Positions 55,061-63,303 of a stretch of DNA of 64,000 nucleotides are shown in pieces. The stretch is from a virus (Duplodnaviria; Caudoviricetes), in the IMG/VR virus record IMGVR_UViG_3300034161_000008, positions 64,001 to 128,000 of that record; one strand, 5' to 3'. The notes under the pieces are model-generated. The model searched no databases, was not told where the DNA came from, and saw only the letters and a list, made by a program, of their open reading frames with translations. Position 1 is the first letter of the stretch; every line of letters begins with the position of its first letter. Both the position numbers and the translations under genes were made by a program.

Positions 55061-55184
55061 TGAAGTCGCCCCTTCGAATTTTGTAACGAATGACCTTCTT
55101 GCCAACCCACCAGGCCCCTCGAACGACGAAATACAGAATCGCCAGATCGATCACCCAGAAGGCTACCTTAATAAGCATGACCAT
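54984..55184 (-). CDS. Small single-TM membrane protein
   Basis: Hydrophobic N-half and basic C-half; starts 2 nt after the dcd stop. Confidence 0.6.
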   Translation of the reverse strand: MVMLIKVAFWVIDLAILYFVVRGAWWVGKKVIRYKIRRGDFNEQNSTAQASGMGAGRKGWFRRAGK

Positions 55185-55186
55185 TT

Positions 55187-55927
55187 TCAGATCCTTGGGT
55201 CAGTTACACCCGTTTGGCCTTGATACTTGCCATTGCGGTCCTTGTAGGAGATCTCGCAATCCTCGTCCGATTCAAAGAACAAGAACTGTGCGACACCTTC
55301 GTTGGCATACACAACGGCAGGCAGGCTGGTAGTGTTGGAGAATTCCAGCGTCACGTGACCTTCCCACTCAGGTTCGAGCGGAGTAACGTTCACAATGATA
55401 CCGCAGCGAGCGTAGGTCGACTTGCCCAGGCAAACAACCAGTACGTTACGCGGAATACGCATGTACTCAACAGTACGCGCCAGCGCAAAGCCATTCGGCG
55501 GAATAACCAACTCAGGACCTTTCTTGATCACGTAGTTGGTGTCGTCGAAGTTCTTTGGATCAACACGCCCGCCATTGACGTTTGTGAAGATCTTGAATTC
55601 GTCAGCCACACGAACGTCGTAGCCGTAGCTGGAGTTGCCGTAAGAGATGACAGACTCGTGCGTTGGTGCGATGCCGTCCCAGACTTCGACATCCGGACCT
55701 TTCTTATTGCGCACTTGACGTGGCATGAAAGGATCGATCATCGGCTTCCAGTTAACGAGGTCTTCTGCCGTCACTGCGCGAAGAGTGCTCGGGCGGTGCG
55801 ACTTCTGGAACTCGATTTCGTCCTTGTCGTACAGCGCATGCAGGAATGAAACCATCCCACCTTGATCAACGACGTGGGTAGGCTGAACGGATTTACGCGC
55901 AATCCAGCGATCCGGTTTGATTGACAT
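55187..55927 (-). CDS. dcd: dCTP deaminase
   Basis: [59 protein letters not shown] and [11 protein letters not shown]...YQGQ.GV. Confidence 0.95.
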   Translation of the reverse strand: MSIKPDRWIARKSVQPTHVVDQGGMVSFLHALYDKDEIEFQKSHRPSTLRAVTAEDLVNWKPMIDPFMPRQVRNKKGPDVEVWDGIAPTHESVISYGNSSYGYDVRVADEFKIFTNVNGGRVDPKNFDDTNYVIKKGPELVIPPNGFALARTVEYMRIPRNVLVVCLGKSTYARCGIIVNVTPLEPEWEGHVTLEFSNTTSLPAVVYANEGVAQFLFFESDEDCEISYKDRNGKYQGQTGVTDPRI

Positions 55928-55941
55928 ACTTACTCCGAGGT

Positions 55942-55977
55942 GATAGAGGGAGAGCCGGAGCTCTCCCTCATGGCCGT
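55942..55977. terminator. Variant element (GATA-hairpin-CATGGCCG) between TAXI gene and dcd
   Basis: gata GAGGGAGAGC cgga GCTCTCCCTC atggccgt. Confidence 0.6.
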
Positions 55978-56871
55978 TTACTGGCGGACAGACAGAACGC
56001 TGGTCTGGATAACTTTGGCCACAGTGCGTGCCGCTGCACGTGCGTCCTTCGGTTCCATACCATTGATCCAGTCGTTGTTCACGACCACTTGTGCGTGCAT
56101 GCAGAGGGTTTTGATGTCGAACACGGAGTTGTCGGTTTTGATACCGGTGTCGCCCTTGCTGCTAACTTTGCACTCGCTGTACAGAGTGTTTTCGTTTTTG
56201 TCTTTGAGTTTGGTGAAGGAAGTTTCACCGATCTCGCCGATCAGCAGGTCGTCGCGCCATTCAGGAGCAGTCACGTCATCGCTGATGAAACCAGGACGAC
56301 CAACGTACATCAGACCGCCGATCTCGACACGCACGCCGGACTTCATTGCGAAGCCTTGCTTGGCAGCTTTGGCAGCGTCGTACCAGCTATTGAACGGAAC
56401 CAGTTTCACAGCAGCGTATTTGTCGGACTGTTTGCCGAAGTTCTTGAGGGTGATCTCAGGACCGGAACCAGCAACGTACGCAACGCCTTTGCTCAGGTTT
56501 TCAGCATCAGCCATGGCAGCAAACGTTTTCACGCTACCGGCCACTTTGCCGTGAATCCAGAACACCGCTTCAACGTGGGCATCGCTCACGTCGATATCGC
56601 GAGGCATGGCCGACGACGTTACGGCGTCAGCTTGCATGATGCCCATGACGCAGTCGCCGTCTTTCATCAGCTGTGCGGTTTCCAGGCTACCGCCGGTTTC
56701 CACCAGGTCGAGCTTGGCATTGATCTTGCGGGAGATGTCGCCACCGATGGTGTTGGCCAAGGAGGCGTAAGCACCGCCCGGCGCGCCGCCACAGAAGGTC
56801 AGGTCAGCAGGTGCAGCGTGAGCGAATGCAGTCATCAGCATTGCGGCCAGGAAAGGAATCAGTTTCTTCAC
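55978..56871 (-). CDS. TAXI-family TRAP solute-binding-like periplasmic protein
   Basis: Signal peptide ending AHA-A; [11 protein letters not shown]...ETGGSLE...[12 protein letters not shown] and G..GSG..IT motifs. Confidence 0.8.
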   Translation of the reverse strand: MKKLIPFLAAMLMTAFAHAAPADLTFCGGAPGGAYASLANTIGGDISRKINAKLDLVETGGSLETAQLMKDGDCVMGIMQADAVTSSAMPRDIDVSDAHVEAVFWIHGKVAGSVKTFAAMADAENLSKGVAYVAGSGPEITLKNFGKQSDKYAAVKLVPFNSWYDAAKAAKQGFAMKSGVRVEIGGLMYVGRPGFISDDVTAPEWRDDLLIGEIGETSFTKLKDKNENTLYSECKVSSKGDTGIKTDNSVFDIKTLCMHAQVVVNNDWINGMEPKDARAAARTVAKVIQTSVLSVRQ

Positions 56872-57152
56872 TTGGTATCACTCCGGGTTGGTCGTTCGTT
56901 GTTATCGATGATGGTTACTTTGACGCGACTCGCGATTGCTGAGAATCCACTCAGGTCACGGTCGCGAAACATATCGCTGTCGCCGTCTTGGCACTGGACA
57001 GCTACATCCAGAAAGCCAGCCTTCTCCAAGGCACGGCGACAAACTTCGGCAGCACAGCTTTTGCCGATGTGTGCACGAGTACCCTTGATTTCGATAACGA
57101 GTTCAGGGGGTATCGTGCGAGATGAAACCGATCTAACTGTTTGGTTGTTCAT
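56868..57152 (-). CDS. Small protein with P-loop-like N-terminal motif
   Basis: VIEIKGTRAHIGKSCAAEVCRRALEKAGF; start re-called at MNNQTV to limit overlap. Confidence 0.65.
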   Translation of the reverse strand: MNNQTVRSVSSRTIPPELVIEIKGTRAHIGKSCAAEVCRRALEKAGFLDVAVQCQDGDSDMFRDRDLSGFSAIASRVKVTIIDNNERPTRSDTK

Positions 57153-57870
57153 CGCCAATCGTTCCTTGAGCAATGATTGCCTTACGGTAAATGTTATCTG
57201 CCGCGACGGCCAGAGTGTCCGCCAATGCACGACGGGTACGAACTTCACGAGGATCGGCTTCAACGTCAGCCTGCATCCACGTTTCGCCGCTGTACGTCAC
57301 GCTACAAACCACAGCACCATTCTCGTTGTCTTCCGACGGAGGCTGGAATGTGTATTTGATTTCGGAAGCCCCTTCGAAGACTTCTTTCGGCGTAGTGCGA
57401 TGCGGCAGCGGTTGACCCTTGGTCACTACAACAGCCTGCGCCGATTGCAGGAACATGATGATCTTGGTAGCGCCACGTTCGCGCAGCCGATCAGCCACAA
57501 TACCCACAGCCTGCGTACGGCTGGTAGTGGCGTAATCCGGACGGCCGATGTCGAACAGAGCGCCCTGACCTTCCAGCTCTTTGCAGATGTCCGCAACAGA
57601 GTTCTGGTTGAGGTGCTGCAACGTAGCTTGGCGCTGATCATGCCATGCAGTTTCGTCAGGCGAATACCAGACGTAACCCACGCCAACGACTTCCTTGAAC
57701 TCAGGGTCTTCTGCCTTGAGCTTGAGGATCGCGTCGTGTTCCCAGACTGCTGCGACAATGGCATCGGTGAAGTTGCCATCACGAATGTCGATACCGGCAG
57801 TGATTGCCGACATTGCAGCCATGGCTTCATTGCCACGCTGTGCCAGCACTTTCGGGTTGAGATCAGTCAT
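57133..57870 (-). CDS. Hypothetical protein
   Basis: ATGA coupling with the upstream gene. Confidence 0.75.
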   Translation of the reverse strand: MTDLNPKVLAQRGNEAMAAMSAITAGIDIRDGNFTDAIVAAVWEHDAILKLKAEDPEFKEVVGVGYVWYSPDETAWHDQRQATLQHLNQNSVADICKELEGQGALFDIGRPDYATTSRTQAVGIVADRLRERGATKIIMFLQSAQAVVVTKGQPLPHRTTPKEVFEGASEIKYTFQPPSEDNENGAVVCSVTYSGETWMQADVEADPREVRTRRALADTLAVAADNIYRKAIIAQGTIGDEQPNS

Positions 57871-58424
57871 TGCTTGCTCTCCGGCAAGTCAGCGCGTTTC
57901 GGCGGCTGAATGTCCTTCATGAAGCGAGCCTGTGCCAGCTCGCCCATCAGTTGTTGCATGACGCCCATGGCCAGACCGTCGGCAAACTTGTAGACGTACG
58001 GATGCAGGTCGTCAGGTTTGCCTTCACCCTGAGGCTTCTCAGTGAAGCCATGCATCATCGCCAGCTCTTTCACTTGCTCTTTAGGCAGAGTGATGCGAGG
58101 AGCGAACAGGCGTGGAACGGTAGTCGGATCAACCAGAACGTCACCAGCAGTGCCGTCGTTGGTGAAGTAGCCGAACAGACCTACGCACATCGCCTGTACG
58201 AACGCATCAGGGTCGATGTCGGTGTCGGTGCCACACTTGGTAGCGCAGCGAACTGCGTACTGTGCAGCTTGACGTACGGCCTTCTCGAAGATCGGGCGCA
58301 GTGGTGCAATCACACCCATACGCATCGGCATTGGAGGCTCACCCAAGCCATCGCCAGCCGAGTCAAACACCCAGTGATCTTTAGGCAGCGGAAAGCTACC
58401 GGTCTTTAAGTTTGGAGTTTCCAT
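57867..58424 (-). CDS. Hypothetical phage protein (two small domains)
   Basis: PLPKDHWVF...AAQYAVRCAT..G...D.DPDA and GF..KPQ.EG..DDLHPYVYKFA motifs; start re-called at METPNL. Confidence 0.7.
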   Translation of the reverse strand: METPNLKTGSFPLPKDHWVFDSAGDGLGEPPMPMRMGVIAPLRPIFEKAVRQAAQYAVRCATKCGTDTDIDPDAFVQAMCVGLFGYFTNDGTAGDVLVDPTTVPRLFAPRITLPKEQVKELAMMHGFTEKPQGEGKPDDLHPYVYKFADGLAMGVMQQLMGELAQARFMKDIQPPKRADLPESKQ

Positions 58425-58806
58425 GTACGCGTTTCCCACTGATGAATACTGGAACGCCGAATTCAAAGTCTCCCCGCAGATTATGCTGGATGTGTACTTC
58501 GCGTTCGGCGGCTTCATTACGTCTGATCAAACCATGAGTTGCTGACGTAATTATTGTCGGAAAGTTTTTGTAGGCTAGCTGGAATCCCGTGCCTGCTGAC
58601 AAGGCTGCACGCTCGATCAAGTATTTGTGCCGGTGTGTGATCTCATCCCAATGCTTATCTAAAAGCTCACAAATCTCATCGTAGTAGGTATCGACCAGCA
58701 ACGACTCGTCCAGCTCGTAATAAGCGTACGATGCAGAAAGATACCAAGGCACCAGCATGTTGATGTTTTCAGCTATGGAGTTTCTTGCTGCAACCGTACA
58801 GTACAT
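58396..58806 (-). CDS. Stand-alone NAD-dependent DNA ligase subdomain Ia-like protein
   Basis: ASYAYYELDESLLVDTYYDEICELL resembles LigA Ia (H...YY..D.P.I.D..YD.L...L). Confidence 0.6.
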   Translation of the reverse strand: MYCTVAARNSIAENINMLVPWYLSASYAYYELDESLLVDTYYDEICELLDKHWDEITHRHKYLIERAALSAGTGFQLAYKNFPTIITSATHGLIRRNEAAEREVHIQHNLRGDFEFGVPVFISGKRVHGNSKLKDR

Positions 58807-58808
58807 CG

Positions 58809-59162
58809 TTAACGCCTTTTGGTACGACCTAGATAACCGCCACGCTGCATGTGGGGGATCTTCTGTTCGTAGTGCTTCTTGGGCAACATCGAATCCCCGT
58901 CGTGGTCACCCTTGCCGAACAGCAACGATTCCGGCATGTTCTTGAAACTTTCGGCCATCATCCGAGCTTCATCCAAAGCATCTTCAGTAAGGTCATCTGG
59001 CGTCTGGAACATCAGTACGCGATCTTTCAAGCGAGGATCGAGTTCATGATCGTCTGTATAAAGGAAGCGAACACTGAAGTCACTCCCCTTCATGGCGTCG
59101 AGAGCAGCTTGCATCTCGGGCGTACAGTCTTTTGGGCGGCAAGCGACGAGGACATCTGTCAT
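58809..59162 (-). CDS. Hypothetical protein
   Basis: ATGA overlap; C-terminal basic tail. Confidence 0.7.
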   Translation of the reverse strand: MTDVLVACRPKDCTPEMQAALDAMKGSDFSVRFLYTDDHELDPRLKDRVLMFQTPDDLTEDALDEARMMAESFKNMPESLLFGKGDHDGDSMLPKKHYEQKIPHMQRGGYLGRTKRR

Positions 59163-59575
59163 TGTTCTGTTTCCTTTACGGGCTCCGCTGGAGTTGGGAT
59201 GTCTACGAAGAGGTTGCCTTCTGGACCGACGCTGAGCGGGATACGCGGCGTGATGGCTTTAACGGGCTGCACTTCAACGTAGAAGATGCCTTCGCCGTCC
59301 GGCAATGGGTGAACTGGCAGTTCCAACATCGAAACGTTCAGGTCACCAGCATTGATCTTCTTGAGCAGGTCGCCCGTTGGGTACACCAGCTTGATGTCGC
59401 GAGCGATCTCTTGCAGGTCGTGACGAGCCGACTTGCTGCAAGGACCTTGACGACCCTTGATAACAAAGATCAACATCGAGCTGTCACGCTGCTGTGCTTT
59501 GAGCAGGCGGTGGCAGGCCACAACAAAGTCACTGGTGCTGCGTTCAAACTGAATGCGATAGATACCGACTAGCAT
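59159..59575 (-). CDS. Hypothetical protein
   Basis: RBS AGGAG; first gene downstream of a putative early promoter. Confidence 0.7.
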   Translation of the reverse strand: MLVGIYRIQFERSTSDFVVACHRLLKAQQRDSSMLIFVIKGRQGPCSKSARHDLQEIARDIKLVYPTGDLLKKINAGDLNVSMLELPVHPLPDGEGIFYVEVQPVKAITPRIPLSVGPEGNLFVDIPTPAEPVKETEQ

Positions 59576-59604
59576 TGAAAACTCCTTGTGTGATATTCAA
59601 GTTG

Positions 59605-59614
59605 GTAATAAGTA
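59605..59614 (-). promoter_or_regulatory. Putative early promoter TACTTATTAC
   Basis: Intergenic, 30 nt upstream of the 59575 start; shares downstream CCAAC with the 53074 copy. Confidence 0.6.
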
Positions 59615-59622
59615 ACTCAAAC

Positions 59623-60027
59623 CTACTTGGTTGGGTTTACCAAGCGAACTTGAATCATGCCGCGCCACGTAGGCGAATCAGCCTTGGCTACGACATTCAC
59701 TACTCGAACCTGTTCTGGCTGAAGATTGGGCAGGTACAGCTTTACGAAGTCGTCTTTGTTCAAACGCACGGGATCGATAACGATTTCAAGCATTCGGTAG
59801 AACAATTCCAGACTGGGACGCCCGCGGACTTCAATAGTCAGATAACCGTCGATGATGCGACTACCGAACAGATCTGGCAGAGCTATTCGTTTCCAGTAAA
59901 CGGGGTAGGGTTCACCACCTTCTACCGTAACGAGTGCTTCTGCATCAAAACCCAGACGCATTTGTTCGATGTTCTGAACGTTGCGAACCTTGCCCATGGT
60001 GCTGTTTGGGACCTTGATAATCGACAT
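59623..60027 (-). CDS. Orphan member of the tail-associated paralog family
   Basis: YPVYWKRIALPDLF...EIVIDPVRLNKDDF...AKADSPTWRG mirrors 22056 and 28719. Confidence 0.65.
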   Translation of the reverse strand: MSIIKVPNSTMGKVRNVQNIEQMRLGFDAEALVTVEGGEPYPVYWKRIALPDLFGSRIIDGYLTIEVRGRPSLELFYRMLEIVIDPVRLNKDDFVKLYLPNLQPEQVRVVNVVAKADSPTWRGMIQVRLVNPTK

Positions 60028-60043
60028 AACAAATTCCTGAGAC

Positions 60044-60082
60044 AAAAAAAAAAGAGGGTCCGAAGACCCTCTCTATGCCGTT
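60044..60082 (-). terminator. Intrinsic terminator with T10, preceded by ACGGCATAG
   Basis: Plus strand: A10 GAGGGTC cgaa GACCCTC tctatgccgt. Confidence 0.82.
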
Positions 60083-60089
60083 GTGGCAA

Positions 60090-61691
60090 TTACTCCATGC
60101 GGTCGATCACGTAGTCGGCACGGCCGAGTTCAGTGGTCACGCGCAGAGTGAGGGAGATGTTACCCAGCGCAAGACCTGCCGCCGAACCTTCTTCCAGACC
60201 TTGCATCAGGTTGTCGTTGGAGTAAGTCTCTACCACACGACGCGCTTCACGCAGATCGCCACGCAGCAGCTCAGGGAACAGGCACGAAGCCGGTTTGAGC
60301 ATGTCTTTGCAGCCCTTGAGGATAACCGCCACACCGGAGTAAACCGCCGAACGCTCACCACCAGTCCAGACCGCAGGGAGGCCAGAGATAGCAGTCACCT
60401 CGGTCCAGGTGTTGGCTTGCAGGTTCAAACCGTGAGCAGGAGTACCGCCGTTCACGTGGTTGTACCAGGACAGTGGGTTGCGATCAGCTTCGGTGTCGTA
60501 CCAGAACAGCGGCTTGGCATCTTCTGCCAGCGCAGTTACGAAGTTCACGAACGGCAGACGGCCCGACGGAACGTACGCTTCGATCGACAAAGCCTGAGGC
60601 AGAACTTTCTGGGCAAACTTCTCGTAGGTGATCGCAACTGCCGGAGCAACGTGCGAGCGCATCGCCGGAGTAGCTGCGGCTTCTTTGGTCTTGATGCTGC
60701 CAAACAACGGTTTCTCTTCGACCGGAACTTCCACAGCAGTCGGTTTCCACAACGCACGAATTTCTTCGAGGCGTGCAGCACGACGACCCAGGTCTTTTTC
60801 CGACAGGCCCAGCTCAGCGAAGATCTTCTGCGCTACGGCGACGTTACCCGCAGTAGGTGCAGCGACAACGCGCTGGTAGGTTTCAGGAGCAGTCAGCTTG
60901 TTGAAGCGACCAACGACCGAATCGGTGTGCATGCCAGCCTTGATGTCTTCCATCAGGTTGCCGACGACGGTGTTGGCGATCTTGACCCAGGCTTCGGATT
61001 CAACGTTCGCCACTTCGAGGAACAGGGCGTTACGCTTGGCGCGGGAGGTGAGTTTGGCTTGACGCTGCGCCACACCCAGCAGCCACATGATCATCGGCTT
61101 GTAGCCTTCGGAACGGTTCAGACGATCGGTGGAGAACAGGTTCGCAGCTTCACGAATCACATCCACGCCGAATGCCAGTGCCTTTTCCAGCAGCTCGAAA
61201 CCTTCACGAGACTTGCCAGCGAAGGAACCGACAGCGTCAATTGGAACCAGCGAGGTGCACGCCAACGAAGGGGTGACTTCGAAGTGAGTCCAGCCGTTGG
61301 TTTCGCCACGACCCCAGGTGTTGTTTTCGGTGAAGAAGCGACCCTTCACGCCAGCCTTGCCCACTTCTTCTTCGAGAGCCTTGATGGACGCGCGGTATTC
61401 TTCAGGAGCGCCGGTGTGGTCCCACAGTGCAGGAATGGTGGTGCCGTCAGGTTGCACGAATACGGCATGGCCGTAGTTGCGGATAAAGTCACGGCAGCAG
61501 TTGCAGTTGTGGTGCTGTTGTTCAGCTTCCGGGAAAGCGGTCACGTAGATGCTGGACAGGCCATTCGACTTGGTGGCGAACAAGTGAGGACCGAAAGCAC
61601 CCATGCGGGTTGCGAATGTTGCGCGAACTTGGTCAGCCAGCTCTTCGTAGAAAGAACCGGATTTCGATACAGACTCAATACCTTCTTGCAT
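60090..61691 (-). CDS. Conserved hypothetical protein with HHNCNCC motif
   Basis: 533 aa, strong codon bias; EQQHHNCNCCRDFIRNYG and CLFPELLR.DL...RRVVE.YS. Confidence 0.8.
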   Translation of the reverse strand: MQEGIESVSKSGSFYEELADQVRATFATRMGAFGPHLFATKSNGLSSIYVTAFPEAEQQHHNCNCCRDFIRNYGHAVFVQPDGTTIPALWDHTGAPEEYRASIKALEEEVGKAGVKGRFFTENNTWGRGETNGWTHFEVTPSLACTSLVPIDAVGSFAGKSREGFELLEKALAFGVDVIREAANLFSTDRLNRSEGYKPMIMWLLGVAQRQAKLTSRAKRNALFLEVANVESEAWVKIANTVVGNLMEDIKAGMHTDSVVGRFNKLTAPETYQRVVAAPTAGNVAVAQKIFAELGLSEKDLGRRAARLEEIRALWKPTAVEVPVEEKPLFGSIKTKEAAATPAMRSHVAPAVAITYEKFAQKVLPQALSIEAYVPSGRLPFVNFVTALAEDAKPLFWYDTEADRNPLSWYNHVNGGTPAHGLNLQANTWTEVTAISGLPAVWTGGERSAVYSGVAVILKGCKDMLKPASCLFPELLRGDLREARRVVETYSNDNLMQGLEEGSAAGLALGNISLTLRVTTELGRADYVIDRME

Positions 61692-61748
61692 TGGGTAAAT
61701 CCTTCTTAATGGCTAGTTAGTAGCTCTTCAGTTAATACGCTGGAGCTA

Positions 61749-62423
61749 TTATTTTTTACGGATTGTTACGTTCATTCGAGTACGGCGGTAAGTGTTGAAG
61801 ACCACCGAATACCGTAACGCTGTTTTATCCTGCAACATTGAGATCGGGGAAATCCCGTTCATTGTAATCAGGATATCTTGCAACACGAGGATCAGAAACG
61901 GGTCAACCTTGATCCACAATGGCGGAGCGACATCAATGACAGGCACCTTGCCTATCTTTGGAATCTCTCCCTTTGGTACGTCACCGTGACCAATGAAGTC
62001 GTACTGCACCTTGTGGCCGGTATCGTACGTCACTGTAAGGATTGCCCCCGGCTCGTCCTCATCGCGCACGGCGAAGTACGAGATCTCAGATGAGAGTGTC
62101 TTTGCTCGTGCGTTCGCTGGTTGCTTGGTCAGGATTTCCAGAAACGTACTGTAAAGAGGGTGGTTCCCAATAGCCTTCTTTACATCCTCAAAGATCTGCG
62201 GATGTTGAACAACAACAGGTCCACCCATGAAACTACTGAGCTGATCCTGAAGAAGTTGCTTGGCACTCTCAGGCATCTCCCCAAAGGCACCTGGAGCTTT
62301 GGAACTGATAGAAGCGCCGGACGGCAATACCGTACGATCTTTATCAGGGTTGTACGTGTACTCCTTACCCTTTCGCCAGTTACGCTTTGGGTCAGGACGC
62401 TTGAACTCGAGCACGACGCCCAT
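61749..62423 (-). CDS. Hypothetical protein
   Basis: RBS AAGGAG; AT-richer than its neighbours. Confidence 0.7.
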   Translation of the reverse strand: MGVVLEFKRPDPKRNWRKGKEYTYNPDKDRTVLPSGASISSKAPGAFGEMPESAKQLLQDQLSSFMGGPVVVQHPQIFEDVKKAIGNHPLYSTFLEILTKQPANARAKTLSSEISYFAVRDEDEPGAILTVTYDTGHKVQYDFIGHGDVPKGEIPKIGKVPVIDVAPPLWIKVDPFLILVLQDILITMNGISPISMLQDKTALRYSVVFNTYRRTRMNVTIRKK

Positions 62424-62868
62424 CTTCAATCTCCTTAGTCAGTAGTCTGAGGTCATACAGACGAATGGTTCCACCAGTCGCCGTATCTCGATTAATTGCA
62501 ATCTTTACTGATTCCTCAGCCGAGGCACCAAAATCCATAGCGCCGAAGGCAAACTGCGCACCACTACCAATGGCGTACGGATGCTCCAGCATCAGCGGGG
62601 TCTTCCAGAACCCAGTGTCTGGATCTACCGCCACAAACCAAAGCAGGCCATCACAAAGCACAATCGCCGAGGCATTTACGTCACCTTTGCCTTTGCTTTT
62701 GAACCACATGTCCTCAAGCAACGGATAGTCACTAACGGAGCCAGCAAACCAGAAATGGACTTCGTCTTGCAGCTTGTGCTTGTCGAAGTCCAGATAGGTG
62801 ATGATGTCTGCCGAGGTAATCTGGGAATCAGCCGCAATGATCCCGTCTTTGTAGGCAATGAGAGTCAT
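62392..62868 (-). CDS. HslV/proteasome-beta-like Ntn peptidase
   Basis: N-terminal M-T-LIAY.DG.IAADSQIT and AIGSGAQFAFGAM...SAEESVKIA..RD..TGG. Confidence 0.82.
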   Translation of the reverse strand: MTLIAYKDGIIAADSQITSADIITYLDFDKHKLQDEVHFWFAGSVSDYPLLEDMWFKSKGKGDVNASAIVLCDGLLWFVAVDPDTGFWKTPLMLEHPYAIGSGAQFAFGAMDFGASAEESVKIAINRDTATGGTIRLYDLRLLTKEIEDGRRARVQAS

Positions 62869-62871
62869 CTC

Positions 62872-63303
62872 TTATTCCTTAGGAAATTGTACTTCACGAT
62901 AGCGACGATCATCCAAGTCCGGGATGAACTCACCTTTACCTAGACAAATAGACGGGTGTCCAGTAATGCTGGAGATCCAGCAAATATCAGGAACCCAACG
63001 CTTACTGGCCAGATCAACAAACGAAAGGTTTGCACCCTTCTTGACCAGACGCGTAATGTATTCGTCCTTACAGAACAACGCCGGATAGACGAGGGTGAAT
63101 TCCATCTCCTCATTTTCCAGCGTTTGGATTACGTCACGGTTGATGTACCCGAACACGGTGAAGCCAGCGTCCTGCTGCTTCTGGATCTCGTGTACGTCAA
63201 TTGGGTAGTCGCGCGATTCGATAGCCTTACCACCGGCGTCATTGATTCGCTTAACCAGAGTCGTTACGCCCACGCCCCAGAACCCAAGTACCAACTGTGT
63301 CAT
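62872..63303 (-). CDS. Degenerate P-loop kinase-like protein
   Basis: LVLGFWGVGVTT (Walker A with K to V) and FTLVYP...KDEYITRL..KG motif of small phage P-loop proteins. Confidence 0.6.
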   Translation of the reverse strand: MTQLVLGFWGVGVTTLVKRINDAGGKAIESRDYPIDVHEIQKQQDAGFTVFGYINRDVIQTLENEEMEFTLVYPALFCKDEYITRLVKKGANLSFVDLASKRWVPDICWISSITGHPSICLGKGEFIPDLDDRRYREVQFPKE

